DNA of 64,000 nt, from assembly GCA_002711415.1 (NCBI GenBank), contig PARI01000036.1, positions 42,870 to 106,869 of the forward strand, given 5' to 3'. Positions 28,475 through 37,308 of the stretch are shown piece by piece (position 1 is the first letter of the stretch; every line of letters begins with the position of its first letter). The notes under the pieces were generated by a model. It did not search any database. It was not told where the DNA came from and worked only from the letters and a program-made list of their open reading frames with translations. Made by a program: the position numbers and the translations under genes. Source of the DNA: Phycisphaerae bacterium (GTDB lineage Bacteria > Planctomycetota > Phycisphaerae > Phycisphaerales > SM1A02).

Positions 28475-29236
28475 GAAGCCTGCATCGACATGCAGGATCT
28501 GACCGGTCACGCCGGATGACAGGTCACTGAGCAGGTACACCGCCGAATCTCCGACCTCGGCCCCGGTGATGTTGCGCTGCAGCGGAGCCTTCTCGGCAAC
28601 CCAGCCGAGGATGTCACCGAATCCGGCAACAGCCATGGCGGACATGGTTCGAAGCGGACCGCCGGAAATCGTGTTGACCCTGATGTTCCTGGTACCGAGT
28701 TCCATGGCCAGGTACCGGGTCGCTGCCTCCAGCGCGGCCTTGGCGACACCCATGACGTTGTACCCGGGAACCGCCTTCTCGGCACCAAGGTAGCTCATGG
28801 CGATCATCGAGCCTCCATCCTTCATCAATGGAGCGGCGCGATCGGCCATCGCCATGTAGGTGTATGCGGAAATGTCCATCGCCTGGGTGAACACCTCCCT
28901 CGGGGTGGCGGTGAACTTGCCCCTGGCCAGCCAGTCCTTGTCGGCATAGGCGATGGAGTGGACCAGGAAGTCCAACTGATCGAACTCGGACCCGATCGCA
29001 TCGAAGACGCGGTCCAGGTCCTCATCACTTGAGGCATCCATGGGGGAGATCCAGTAGTCCTCCAGTCCGAGTTTGTCCACGGCCTTGCGACACCGCCGTT
29101 CCATCTTCTCACCGGGCAGGTGCGTGAAGAGGCACTCCGCACCCTCGCGACAGAGGCTCTCCGCGATCGAATAGGCATAACTGTGATCATTGGCGATCCC
29201 GACCACCAGTCCACGCTTGTTGTCCATCAGGCCCAT
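28457..29236 (-). CDS. fabI: enoyl-[acyl-carrier-protein] reductase (NADH) FabI
   Basis: [18 protein letters not shown]-terminus and a Y..M..AK catalytic region ([12 protein letters not shown]). Start taken at MGLMDNKRG (29236). The 3' end overlaps the convergent GTPase gene by 18 nt. Confidence 0.9.
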   Translation of the reverse strand: MGLMDNKRGLVVGIANDHSYAYSIAESLCREGAECLFTHLPGEKMERRCRKAVDKLGLEDYWISPMDASSDEDLDRVFDAIGSEFDQLDFLVHSIAYADKDWLARGKFTATPREVFTQAMDISAYTYMAMADRAAPLMKDGGSMIAMSYLGAEKAVPGYNVMGVAKAALEAATRYLAMELGTRNIRVNTISGGPLRTMSAMAVAGFGDILGWVAEKAPLQRNITGAEVGDSAVYLLSDLSSGVTGQILHVDAGFSTIGL

Positions 29237-29331
29237 TGGAACCCCCTGCTGCTCGAAACTCATGGAATCGGACAAAGACTAACCGCTCAGGGCTGCTTGG
29301 GCCACCAGCAGCCGTCTCGACGAGTCATGCA

Positions 29332-29346
29332 TGGTAGACTGCCCCG
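29332..29346 (+). promoter_or_regulatory. extended -10-like box TGgTAGACT + GCCCCG upstream of the PDZ/His-rich gene
   Basis: tggTAGACTgccccg lies 34 nt upstream of ATG 29380. It is nearly identical to the box upstream of rpsA. Confidence 0.3.
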
Positions 29347-29379
29347 ACGGGAGAACACTCAAGACCAGGGAGAAAGCCC

Positions 29380-30870
29380 ATGTTCAACAGAGCCTCGACG
29401 ATGATCCTTGCCGGACTGCTCACGAGTTCGGCCCTCGCCACCCCCACGATCGCTGCGCAGGACGGCCGGGCGGGACAGCGTGAACGACTCGACCGACAGT
29501 TCGGGATCGCGTTCGAGCGAGATCGCGACTCGACCAGGTCAGAACGGATCCGGGCCAGGCAGGAAGACGCCCCCCGAAGCATGCTCGGGATCATGATGGA
29601 CCAGCCAGGCGAGGACATGATGGATGGCAACGAACTCGTGATGATCAGCGGGGTCCTCGAAGGCTCCCCGGCTGACAGGGCAGGCCTCAGAGAGAATGAC
29701 ATCATCGTCGCCATCGACGGCCGGGAGGGCTGGAATCCGGAATCACTCGGCAGCTTCATCGCATCCAGTGAACCAGGCCATCGACTCGAAATGACGATCA
29801 ACCGCGGCGATCGGATGATGCGGTACCAGGTGGTCCTGGCCGAGTACGACCGTGAGATGATGGTCGCCGGAGACGAGGAGGATGCGATCCGGGACATGAT
29901 GAACGAGTTGAACTCGAGGATGCAGCAGGAGCAGACCGACCAACGAATGCTGCAGGAGCAGGAACATCACCACGAGATGGCCGTCCGGGAAATGGTCCAG
30001 GATCTCATGGAGCAGGTGCAGGAACAGTTCAGGAACACGCATCGGGAGTTCGCCAGGGAGATGGAACGCATGCACGAACAGCATGCCAGGGACATGGAGC
30101 AGGTTCGCCGCCACGTGGAACAGTTGTACGGCCAGATGGAAGAGCTTCGTTCAAACGTCAGGAAGGCCATGCAGCAGATGATGGATCGGCGGAACCATGA
30201 CCGGCCAGACGAGGATCATCGGGGGCACCACGGGCGAATGGACCATGATCGCCACGAGAACACACACCATGATGGCCACAGGGCCGAGATCCACATCGAG
30301 ACCAACGGCAACATGGACCAGGTGCCACCTGAAATCATGGAGCAGTTGATGCGAGAGATCCCGGAGCTTGCCGACGCGATGGAGGGCCGGATCCCTCGAG
30401 GAGTCCACGGCGAGGACATGGACCTCTCGATCACGGCCATCATGGGGCCGGACGGCAGGCTGAGGATCCATCGTGGCGAGATGGATCGACATGACATGCA
30501 CCACCATGATCATCACGGGGACCACCATGATGACCATCGACATCACCATGACGATCACGGGGACGCGGCTCACCATGATGGTGGACACGGCGGCCACCTT
30601 GATCGCATGATGATGGAACACGAGGAACGCATGAGACGGCTACACGGGGATCACGATGAACATGACTCCATGGAGCACTCGGAGTTTGTCGAGAAGATGT
30701 TCGATGAGAAGATCCACCATGACGGGGATCACCACCATGACAAGGAGTTCGACGGACACCGGCAGATGCAGCAGGAAGAGATGATGGAGCGGATCCAGAA
30801 GATCCAGATGCAGCTGGACCAGCTCATCGAATGGATGAAGATGACGGCCCCCAGGGGACAAGAACGCTGA
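29380..30870 (+). CDS. secreted PDZ-domain protein with long His/Met/Glu/Asp-rich C-terminal region
   Basis: Signal peptide MFNRASTMILAGLLTSSALATPTIAA. PDZ core (VMISGVLEGSPADRAGLRENDIIVAIDG). About 300 aa follow, rich in H, M, D and E (MDRHDMHHHDHHGDHHDDHRHHHDDHGD..). Confidence 0.75.
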   Translation: MFNRASTMILAGLLTSSALATPTIAAQDGRAGQRERLDRQFGIAFERDRDSTRSERIRARQEDAPRSMLGIMMDQPGEDMMDGNELVMISGVLEGSPADRAGLRENDIIVAIDGREGWNPESLGSFIASSEPGHRLEMTINRGDRMMRYQVVLAEYDREMMVAGDEEDAIRDMMNELNSRMQQEQTDQRMLQEQEHHHEMAVREMVQDLMEQVQEQFRNTHREFAREMERMHEQHARDMEQVRRHVEQLYGQMEELRSNVRKAMQQMMDRRNHDRPDEDHRGHHGRMDHDRHENTHHDGHRAEIHIETNGNMDQVPPEIMEQLMREIPELADAMEGRIPRGVHGEDMDLSITAIMGPDGRLRIHRGEMDRHDMHHHDHHGDHHDDHRHHHDDHGDAAHHDGGHGGHLDRMMMEHEERMRRLHGDHDEHDSMEHSEFVEKMFDEKIHHDGDHHHDKEFDGHRQMQQEEMMERIQKIQMQLDQLIEWMKMTAPRGQER

Positions 30871-30883
30871 TCAGCCGCATAAA
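30855..30883 (+). promoter_or_regulatory. candidate promoter for tRNA-Arg (GGGACA-N17-CATAAA)
   Basis: The boxes overlap the end of the upstream CDS. The predicted start site falls 1-3 nt before the mature tRNA 5' end. Confidence 0.3.
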
Positions 30884-30891
30884 AGGACCAC

Positions 30892-30965
<74 letters not shown>

Positions 30966-30986
30966 CTTGCAGGAACCACCTGCGTG

Positions 30987-31017
30987 AACGCCCGCCTCCA
31001 TGGCGGGCGTTTTCATT
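30987..31017 (+). terminator. intrinsic terminator after tRNA-Arg
   Basis: aacgcccgcc-tccat-ggcgggcgtt, running into ttttcatt. Confidence 0.7.
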
Positions 31018-31248
31018 CCTGGCGGCTCCACCCTTCCACACAGGTGCGACAGACCGATGCACATAAGGTCCTATAAAAAACACATCATTGAAATTCAGGG
31101 AAGCCATGGGGCATATTTTGGCGATAAGGCATGTTGTTGGCCTTTTTGGGGAATCAATGCTTGGCTTGGTGGATGCCTGCTTGTATTGTCTGGGCAGGGA
31201 AAAGATTGGGCATGAGGGTGCCCAGACGAGAGGGAAAGGGGAAATACG

Positions 31249-31971
31249 TTGTCTACATACCTCACCAGGGGCGTTATAGCCTCGATTTTGGTGCTCCCAA
31301 GTGTTGCCCTCGGCGATCTGGTCGTCGAATACGAAGGCGTCGGAGCAGGCTCCTACCAGATGATGGCATACAACAACAGCCTCAACTGGGACGAGGCCGG
31401 CAGTGGCAGCTACGTATCACTGGAAGCCTTCCAACATGAGTGGACATCCGTCTCAACCGGTGAGTCCTACAGCACCTACTGCATCCAGCTGTACCAAGGC
31501 GTTGAATTCGGTGACATCGTGGACTTCACGATCGTCGATATCGCCCAGGCACCCGAGGGCCCCCCTTCGCCGGGTCCCATGGGCCAGATCAAGTCCAGCA
31601 TGATGCAGGATCTGTACGCCAGGTTCTACGACGAGGCGTTGCTCCAGGATGACGAATACTCCACGGCGTTCCAGCTGGTGATCTACGAGATCACCCACGA
31701 GAACTTCGTGGGATCCACGGCGAACGAGTTCAAGAACGAGATGAGCTACGGCACGGGTGCCTTCCAGTGGCAGTCCGCTTCCTCGGCGATCAGCTCGATC
31801 GTGAACAACATGACCAGTTCACTCGGCGTCGGCGGATGGATCAGCGATCCATCACTGGTCGGACTGGTCAATGACGACTACCAGGATCAGGCGTACTATG
31901 TTCCGGGTCCGGGAGCCCTCTCGCTGCTGGCGATCACCGGCATCTGTGCACGAAACAGGCGACGACGCTGA
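31249..31971 (+). CDS. PEP-CTERM sorting-domain secreted protein
   Basis: TTG start after GGAAAGGGGA. Signal peptide VIASILVLPSVALG. C-terminus VPGPGALSLLAITGICARNRRRR (PEP-like motif, TM helix, Arg cluster). Confidence 0.8.
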   Translation: MSTYLTRGVIASILVLPSVALGDLVVEYEGVGAGSYQMMAYNNSLNWDEAGSGSYVSLEAFQHEWTSVSTGESYSTYCIQLYQGVEFGDIVDFTIVDIAQAPEGPPSPGPMGQIKSSMMQDLYARFYDEALLQDDEYSTAFQLVIYEITHENFVGSTANEFKNEMSYGTGAFQWQSASSAISSIVNNMTSSLGVGGWISDPSLVGLVNDDYQDQAYYVPGPGALSLLAITGICARNRRRR

Positions 31972-32011
31972 TCGATCACCTGATCGCAAGCACCAATTCA
32001 AAACGACCTCG

Positions 32012-32041
32012 GCGGGGACCCATGCGGGTCCCCGCTGTTCG
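32012..32041 (+). terminator. terminator-like hairpin
   Basis: gcggggaccc-atgc-gggtccccgc followed by a weak T-tract (tgttcg). Confidence 0.45.
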
Positions 32042-32110
32042 TACCAACCACATCCAAGACTGGTTTGAATGCTAGGATCCACGTCAACACGACGACCCAG
32101 GAGCAACGAC

Positions 32111-32878
32111 ATGGCAACGCGACTCGGCCTGATGGCCTTCCTACTGCTGGGGCTTGTCATATTCCCCGCCAGATCTTCGAACTCGCAGCAGGAATCGGCA
32201 CCGGCCAGCAGGTTCCTGGATCCGGCAGGAGACTGGGTCTCCCATTGCGCGCCGCCGCCAGCATCGGAGTCCGAGCAGTTCAGGCAGGAAGCGGCGGTGA
32301 TGCTGTGGTTGCAGAGAACGCGAAACAGCATGAGCATCGACCAGGCCTGGCACTACAGCAACGTGGGGATATCAAGCTTCCAGGATCCGGTCGGGTACCC
32401 GATCGAGCAGGTGCATTGCGTCGATCTGGCCATCGCGTTCGAGGACGTACTTCGTGAAGCCACATCGATCCTGCACAAGGTCAAGTCCCACTTCCAGAGG
32501 ATTCGGCCGTACCAGCAGATCCGTGAGCTTGATCCAGCCCTCCCGCAACCCTCGTCATCGGGATATCCAAGCGGTCACGCGATGCGTGGAATGCTTGCAG
32601 GGATGCTGCTGGCCGAGCTGATCCCGGAGCGTTCGGATGACATCATGGCTCGAGCCGAGCTGATCGGTGATCTTCGGGTGGTCGTCGGGCTTCATTACCC
32701 CAGCGATGTCATCGAGGGCAGGCGGCTTGGACGACTCATCGCCGACAAGGTCATCGAGTCTGAACAGTGGAAGGATCTTGTCCGCGAGCAGGCGGCCACG
32801 ATCGAGTTCATCAGGCGCATGAGCCGCCAGACACATGGAGAAGCCCCTCCAGCAGCTGGCGGCAAGCAGCCTGGCTGA
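32111..32878 (+). CDS. PAP2-superfamily (class A acid phosphatase-like) secreted phosphatase
   Basis: PAP2 motifs KxxxxxxRP (KSHFQRIRPY), PSGH (YPSGHA) and SRxxxxxHxxxD-like (LRVVVGLHYPSDV). Signal MATRLGLMAFLLLGLVIFPA. Confidence 0.8.
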   Translation: MATRLGLMAFLLLGLVIFPARSSNSQQESAPASRFLDPAGDWVSHCAPPPASESEQFRQEAAVMLWLQRTRNSMSIDQAWHYSNVGISSFQDPVGYPIEQVHCVDLAIAFEDVLREATSILHKVKSHFQRIRPYQQIRELDPALPQPSSSGYPSGHAMRGMLAGMLLAELIPERSDDIMARAELIGDLRVVVGLHYPSDVIEGRRLGRLIADKVIESEQWKDLVREQAATIEFIRRMSRQTHGEAPPAAGGKQPG

Positions 32879-32897
32879 TCGGGACCGGGGTCAGGCA

Positions 32898-34403
32898 TCA
32901 GGGATTGCAGATACCCCACTGGGACAGGAGGACACCGATGTCTCCTCCACCAACGAGCCCGTCGCCATCCAGATCGGCGGGCGAACCCGGCTGATCCCAT
33001 GCGGCAAGCAGGATGGCCAGATCCATGCCGTCGATCAGGCCGTTGTCGTCCAGGTCGGCGGCACAACCGCAGGGCTCCAGGGCCAGCAGCGCCTGGTGCG
33101 CGTTGATCCTGCCATGGCCCGTGAACTCGTCGAATCCGGGCGTATAGACGTCGTCAGCGGTCGAGCGGATGACGGCCTTGATCGATTCGACGGTCGAGCA
33201 TGGAGCATGCGAGAACATCAACGCAGCCAGGGCGGCCACCTGGGGTGAACTGAAGGAAGTTCCGCTGGTCGGACCATACCCCCCTCCGAGGAAGCTCGTG
33301 TGGATCGCCGAGCCGGGTGCCGAGAACTCGACCTCGGGACCGATGTTGGTGAACGAGGCCGGCTCATCGAACCGGTTGGTCGCGCCGACAGCGACGACCA
33401 GCGGCAGGGTGCTCGGATAACTGACAGGCCATCCACCGTTGCCTGCGGCATTGTTGATGAAGAGCCCCTTGCTGCTTGCATACTCGACGGCCAGATCGAT
33501 CGCGCTGCTGGATGAGACGCCCAGCGACATCGTGATGACCCTGGCACCGTTGTCAGCGGCATAGATGATCGCCTCGTCCAGAACGGAACCGTTGGGCCCG
33601 GCCTCGCCAACGGCCAGCGGCATCATCCTGACACCCGTCTGGGAGTCGTAGCCTCCGGCGAGGCTCGCGATACCGATACCGTCATCGATCCGGGCTGCAA
33701 CGCACCCGGCAACCGATGTCCCATGACCGACGCTGGTCTGTGGATCTGGCACGTTCAGATCGAAGTTCCAGCCGTCATAGTCATCGACGAAACCGTTTGA
33801 ATCATCATCCACGAGGTTGTTCGGAATCTCATCGATGTTCTTCCAGAGTGTCTCGACCAGGGCCGGATGATCGATCTGCACGCCACTGTCGACGATGGCG
33901 ACGATGACATCGGGACTGCCGGTCTCGATCTGCCACGCCTCGAGTGCATGGATGTCGGCCCCGGGCGTACCACCAGACTGGCCGGTGTTGTGCAGGTAGT
34001 ACTGCTCAGCGAATTCGGGATCGTTCGGAATCCCGCCGCCGTGCCAGATTCCCATGGTCGTCGGTTCAACGAACTCGAACCGGCCCGTGTCCAGCAGATC
34101 GAGGCAGGCATGGATCGGGTCGACGTGTGGTGGCAGTCCCAGATCATGGACACCAAGCCTGTTGATCCTGAGCACGTGGACTCCCCGTGGAAGGAGGTCC
34201 TGGATCGAGTCCTTGTCGGATTTCATCTTCAAGCTGATGACATCGGGAATGACCTGGTACTCGATGCCCCGATGATGAGCATGCCAGCCATTGACACCCT
34301 TTCGGTACTCGACACCAGCTATCTGGATGTCCTCAATCGCCTGACCGAAGACTTGGGAGGAACTGCAGAGGACAAGAGTGATCAGGATCAGGAGAAGCCG
34401 CAT
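32898..34403 (-). CDS. secreted S8 subtilase with dockerin-like tail
   Basis: Met114 start gives the signal MRLLLILITLVLCSSSQVFG. Triad motifs AIVDSGVQIDHPAL, HGTSVAGCVAA and SGTSFSSPQVAALAAL. The tail at 32901-33065 reads DLDDNGLIDGMDLAILLAAW..DLDGDGLVGGGDIGVLLSQWG. Confidence 0.9.
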   Translation of the reverse strand: MRLLLILITLVLCSSSQVFGQAIEDIQIAGVEYRKGVNGWHAHHRGIEYQVIPDVISLKMKSDKDSIQDLLPRGVHVLRINRLGVHDLGLPPHVDPIHACLDLLDTGRFEFVEPTTMGIWHGGGIPNDPEFAEQYYLHNTGQSGGTPGADIHALEAWQIETGSPDVIVAIVDSGVQIDHPALVETLWKNIDEIPNNLVDDDSNGFVDDYDGWNFDLNVPDPQTSVGHGTSVAGCVAARIDDGIGIASLAGGYDSQTGVRMMPLAVGEAGPNGSVLDEAIIYAADNGARVITMSLGVSSSSAIDLAVEYASSKGLFINNAAGNGGWPVSYPSTLPLVVAVGATNRFDEPASFTNIGPEVEFSAPGSAIHTSFLGGGYGPTSGTSFSSPQVAALAALMFSHAPCSTVESIKAVIRSTADDVYTPGFDEFTGHGRINAHQALLALEPCGCAADLDDNGLIDGMDLAILLAAWDQPGSPADLDGDGLVGGGDIGVLLSQWGICNP

Positions 34404-34624
34404 GCATCTGCTCCATGGTGTTGAGTGGCGAGTCGCAACAAGAGGGATGACCCAAGATAACCAGTGGCGGCATCGCTGATCCAATGCCAATGTCCGAGGT
34501 ATGGAATAATATTGCGTTGAGGCAAGCAGAAAGCCTGAAGGTCCGAAAATAACATCGAAAATCCAAGCTCGAAACAGCCATGAGTCGCGATTGCCCGAGG
34601 GCCTGATCGCACTACCATGGCCAC

Positions 34625-34720
34625 ATGAGCAGCACCTGGACGATTTTCCTTCTCCTGCCGCTTCTGCATGCGGCCCCACCACCTCCAGGCATGAACTGAA
34701 TCCCGGGCGGCGCCTTCCAG
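34625..34720 (+). other. in-frame upstream extension of the FGE gene (signal peptide + conserved IPGGAFQ strand) interrupted by TGA at 34697-34699
   Basis: ATG 34625 encodes MSSTWTIFLLLPLLHAAPPPPGMN, then TGA, then IPGGAFQ. All of it is in the same frame as ATG 34721. Confidence 0.6.
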
Positions 34721-35671
34721 ATGGGTGATCCTGATGCTCCACGGGGGTCCGATGAGTGGCCCTCGCATGCAGTCACTGTCAGCGGTTTCTGGATGGATGT
34801 CCACGAGGTGACCAACCAGCAGTTCAGCGATTTCGTCAAGGCCACCGGGTATGTCACGGTCGCTGAACGAAGGGTCGAGTGGGAGCAGTTGAAGACACAA
34901 CTACCACCTGGAACAGCCCGCCCACCGGAGGAGATGCTCCAGCCAGGATCACTCGTCTTCAGGGTTCCACAGGACCAGCCGAATGTTGCACGGCTCAACT
35001 GGTGGCAGTGGGTCAGGGGGGCGAACTGGAGGCATCCAGATGGTCCCGGCAGTTCCATAGAGAAGCGCATGGACCATCCGGTCGTTCACGTCGCGTGGGA
35101 GGATGCCGACGCCTACGCCCGCTGGGCTGGAAAGCGACTGCCCACCGAGGCCGAATGGGAGTTCGCTGCAAGGGGTGGACTTGAATCCCGGCCGTACACC
35201 TGGGGAGATCAGGAACCGACGGACAAGGAGCCGAGGCTCAACATATGGCAGGGACGATTCCCTGTCGACAATACGAAGACCGATGGATACGAGGGGACCG
35301 CACCGGTCGGTTCATATGATCCGAACGGGTACGGTCTGCATGACATGGCGGGCAACGTGTGGGAATGGTGCAGCGACTGGGATCGAGCAGATGCCTTCGA
35401 ACGCCGGGCCCTGGCCAACGGCGACGCCCCCCCGCCCTTGGATCCGAAGGGACCGGGCGAATCCTGGGATCCAGGGGAACCCCATGCCAGCAAGCGGGTC
35501 TCCCGCGGAGGCTCGTTCCTCTGTCACAGGACCTATTGCAATGCATACAGGACCAGTGGACGGATCGGCCCCTCCGTGGACACCGGCCTGTCGCACCACG
35601 GCTTTCGCTGCGTTTGCGACGCCGCACCACCGGCGACCGGGACACCGAAATTGCCGAAAAAGTCGGACTGA
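34721..35671 (+). CDS. formylglycine-generating enzyme (FGE/SUMF1) family protein (N-terminally truncated as annotated from first ATG)
   Basis: FGE-sulfatase domain motifs: HEVTNQQFSDFVKATGYVTVAE, WRHP, RLPTEAEWEFAARGG, GNVWEWCSDW, RGGSFLCHRTYCNAYR and GFRCV. Confidence 0.85.
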   Translation: MGDPDAPRGSDEWPSHAVTVSGFWMDVHEVTNQQFSDFVKATGYVTVAERRVEWEQLKTQLPPGTARPPEEMLQPGSLVFRVPQDQPNVARLNWWQWVRGANWRHPDGPGSSIEKRMDHPVVHVAWEDADAYARWAGKRLPTEAEWEFAARGGLESRPYTWGDQEPTDKEPRLNIWQGRFPVDNTKTDGYEGTAPVGSYDPNGYGLHDMAGNVWEWCSDWDRADAFERRALANGDAPPPLDPKGPGESWDPGEPHASKRVSRGGSFLCHRTYCNAYRTSGRIGPSVDTGLSHHGFRCVCDAAPPATGTPKLPKKSD

Positions 35672-35718
35672 CTAGAACTCGAACTTGACGGTCAAAGCTT
35701 CATGCTGGATCCACCAGG

Positions 35719-37308
35719 GTGTCGAGATTTGTATTGAGCAAGCTGTTGCAGGATCCGCCATTGGCAGAACAACGAATCCCAGAACTGCGAAAGAAGGCCC
35801 TCAAGGGTGGCATGGTCACCGTGCCAACCCAGTTGATCCTCCTGGTCCTGCGTGTTGGGCAGGCTGCGGTGCTCGGCAGGCTCCTCACTCCTGGCGACTT
35901 CGGGCTGATCGCCATGGTGACCGCCGTGACCAGCATCATCTTCATGTTCCGGGATCTGGGCCTGCCGATGGCCGCGATCCGCGATCCGAAGATCACGCCG
36001 GCACAGATCAACTCGCTCTTCTGGATCAATGTCGCGGCGGCGTTCGTCATCGGCGGGATCATCGCGGCCCTCAGCCCCCTGGTCGCAGCCTACTACGGTG
36101 ATCCGAGGCTGACGATGGTGACGGTCGCACTGGGAGGCATCTGCGTGCTCGGAGCCCTGGGTGGGCAGTCGATCGCGATGCTCCAGCGGAAGATGCAGTT
36201 CTTCAGGCTCGGATGTGCTGAAGTCGGAAGTACCGCCATGGGCATCGCGGTCGCGATCCTGATGGCGGTCAACGGTGCCGAGTACTGGGCACTCGTCGCG
36301 ATGCAGGCGGTGACCATGCTGTCCCAGGCCGTGATCGCATCGCTCTGCGCCTGGTGGTTCCCCTCACTGCCGAGGATCGCCGAGGGCACGAAGAAGCTGC
36401 TCGCCCTGGGTGGACACCTCTCGCTGAGCGAGTTCGCCTACGTGCTGAGCAGGAACTCGGTGGGCCTGCTCCTGGGCCGCTTCGCCGGAGCGGAGGCACT
36501 GGGGTTCTACTCGAAGGCCCGTCAACTGCTCATGCTCCCGATCCACCAGGTGAACTTCCCGATCCAGAAGGTCGCGCTGCCGGCGTTGTCACAGCTCCAG
36601 GATGATCCAACCTCGTTTCGCAAGGCCTACTACCGTCTCGTCGGCACGATCGAGATGCTCAGCGCGCCGATGGTCGCGATCCTGATCATCTCGGCTCCGG
36701 ACATCATCCGCGTCATCCTCGGGGACCAGTGGGACCAGGCCGCTCGCGTCTTCCGGGTCCTGGCAGTCGCGTCCTTTGGGATGCAGTCGACGCTGACGAC
36801 CTACTGGGTGCTGGTCGCCCTGGGAATGGGATCACGGCAGAGCAAGTGGAGCCTGATCCACAGCGTCATCGTCGTGATCGCGGTGGCCTGCGGTCTTCCA
36901 TGGGGCGTGATGGGTGTCGCGACGACCTACACGTGCGCCATGTGGCTGCTGCGGATCCCCCAGCTTGCATGGGCCTTCAGGGAAACCCCTGTGAGCGTGA
37001 GCGGATTCTTCGCCTCGACCTGGACGTCATTGACCATCGGCGTGACCATGATGCTGGCGATGCTGCTGCAGAAGATCTTCCTGCCGCTGGAACCGATGCT
37101 GCAATCATACGAACTGACCGGTGGCCAGCTCTCGTTGATCTCCATCATCGTCAGCTGCAGCGTGGGATGCGGAACCGCCCTGGTGATGATCGCGGCGTGG
37201 CCCGCGGCGAGGATACCAATGAACAACCTCTGGGATCTCCTGATGCACTCGATCAGGGCAAGACAGGGTGTTGAAGGCGGGGATCGCGGGGATCAGCTCA
37301 GCGACTGA
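35719..37308 (+). CDS. Wzx-like polysaccharide/oligosaccharide flippase (MOP/PST family, lipopolysaccharide biosynthesis protein)
   Basis: GTG start. About 14 TM segments. N-terminal pattern KGGMVTVPTQLILLVLRVGQAAVLGRLLTPGDFGL is typical of the Polysacc_synt family. Confidence 0.8.
   Translation: MSRFVLSKLLQDPPLAEQRIPELRKKALKGGMVTVPTQLILLVLRVGQAAVLGRLLTPGDFGLIAMVTAVTSIIFMFRDLGLPMAAIRDPKITPAQINSLFWINVAAAFVIGGIIAALSPLVAAYYGDPRLTMVTVALGGICVLGALGGQSIAMLQRKMQFFRLGCAEVGSTAMGIAVAILMAVNGAEYWALVAMQAVTMLSQAVIASLCAWWFPSLPRIAEGTKKLLALGGHLSLSEFAYVLSRNSVGLLLGRFAGAEALGFYSKARQLLMLPIHQVNFPIQKVALPALSQLQDDPTSFRKAYYRLVGTIEMLSAPMVAILIISAPDIIRVILGDQWDQAARVFRVLAVASFGMQSTLTTYWVLVALGMGSRQSKWSLIHSVIVVIAVACGLPWGVMGVATTYTCAMWLLRIPQLAWAFRETPVSVSGFFASTWTSLTIGVTMMLAMLLQKIFLPLEPMLQSYELTGGQLSLISIIVSCSVGCGTALVMIAAWPAARIPMNNLWDLLMHSIRARQGVEGGDRGDQLSD

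Noticed and set aside
34697-34699. The in-frame TGA in the FGE gene read as selenocysteine, or as evidence for a reassigned genetic code
   Set aside because: TGA terminates many well-defined genes in this window (for example at 445-447, 4811-4813, 10472-10474, 14988-14990, 30868-30870). No SECIS-like hairpin follows it, and the position is not a redox-active site of FGE.
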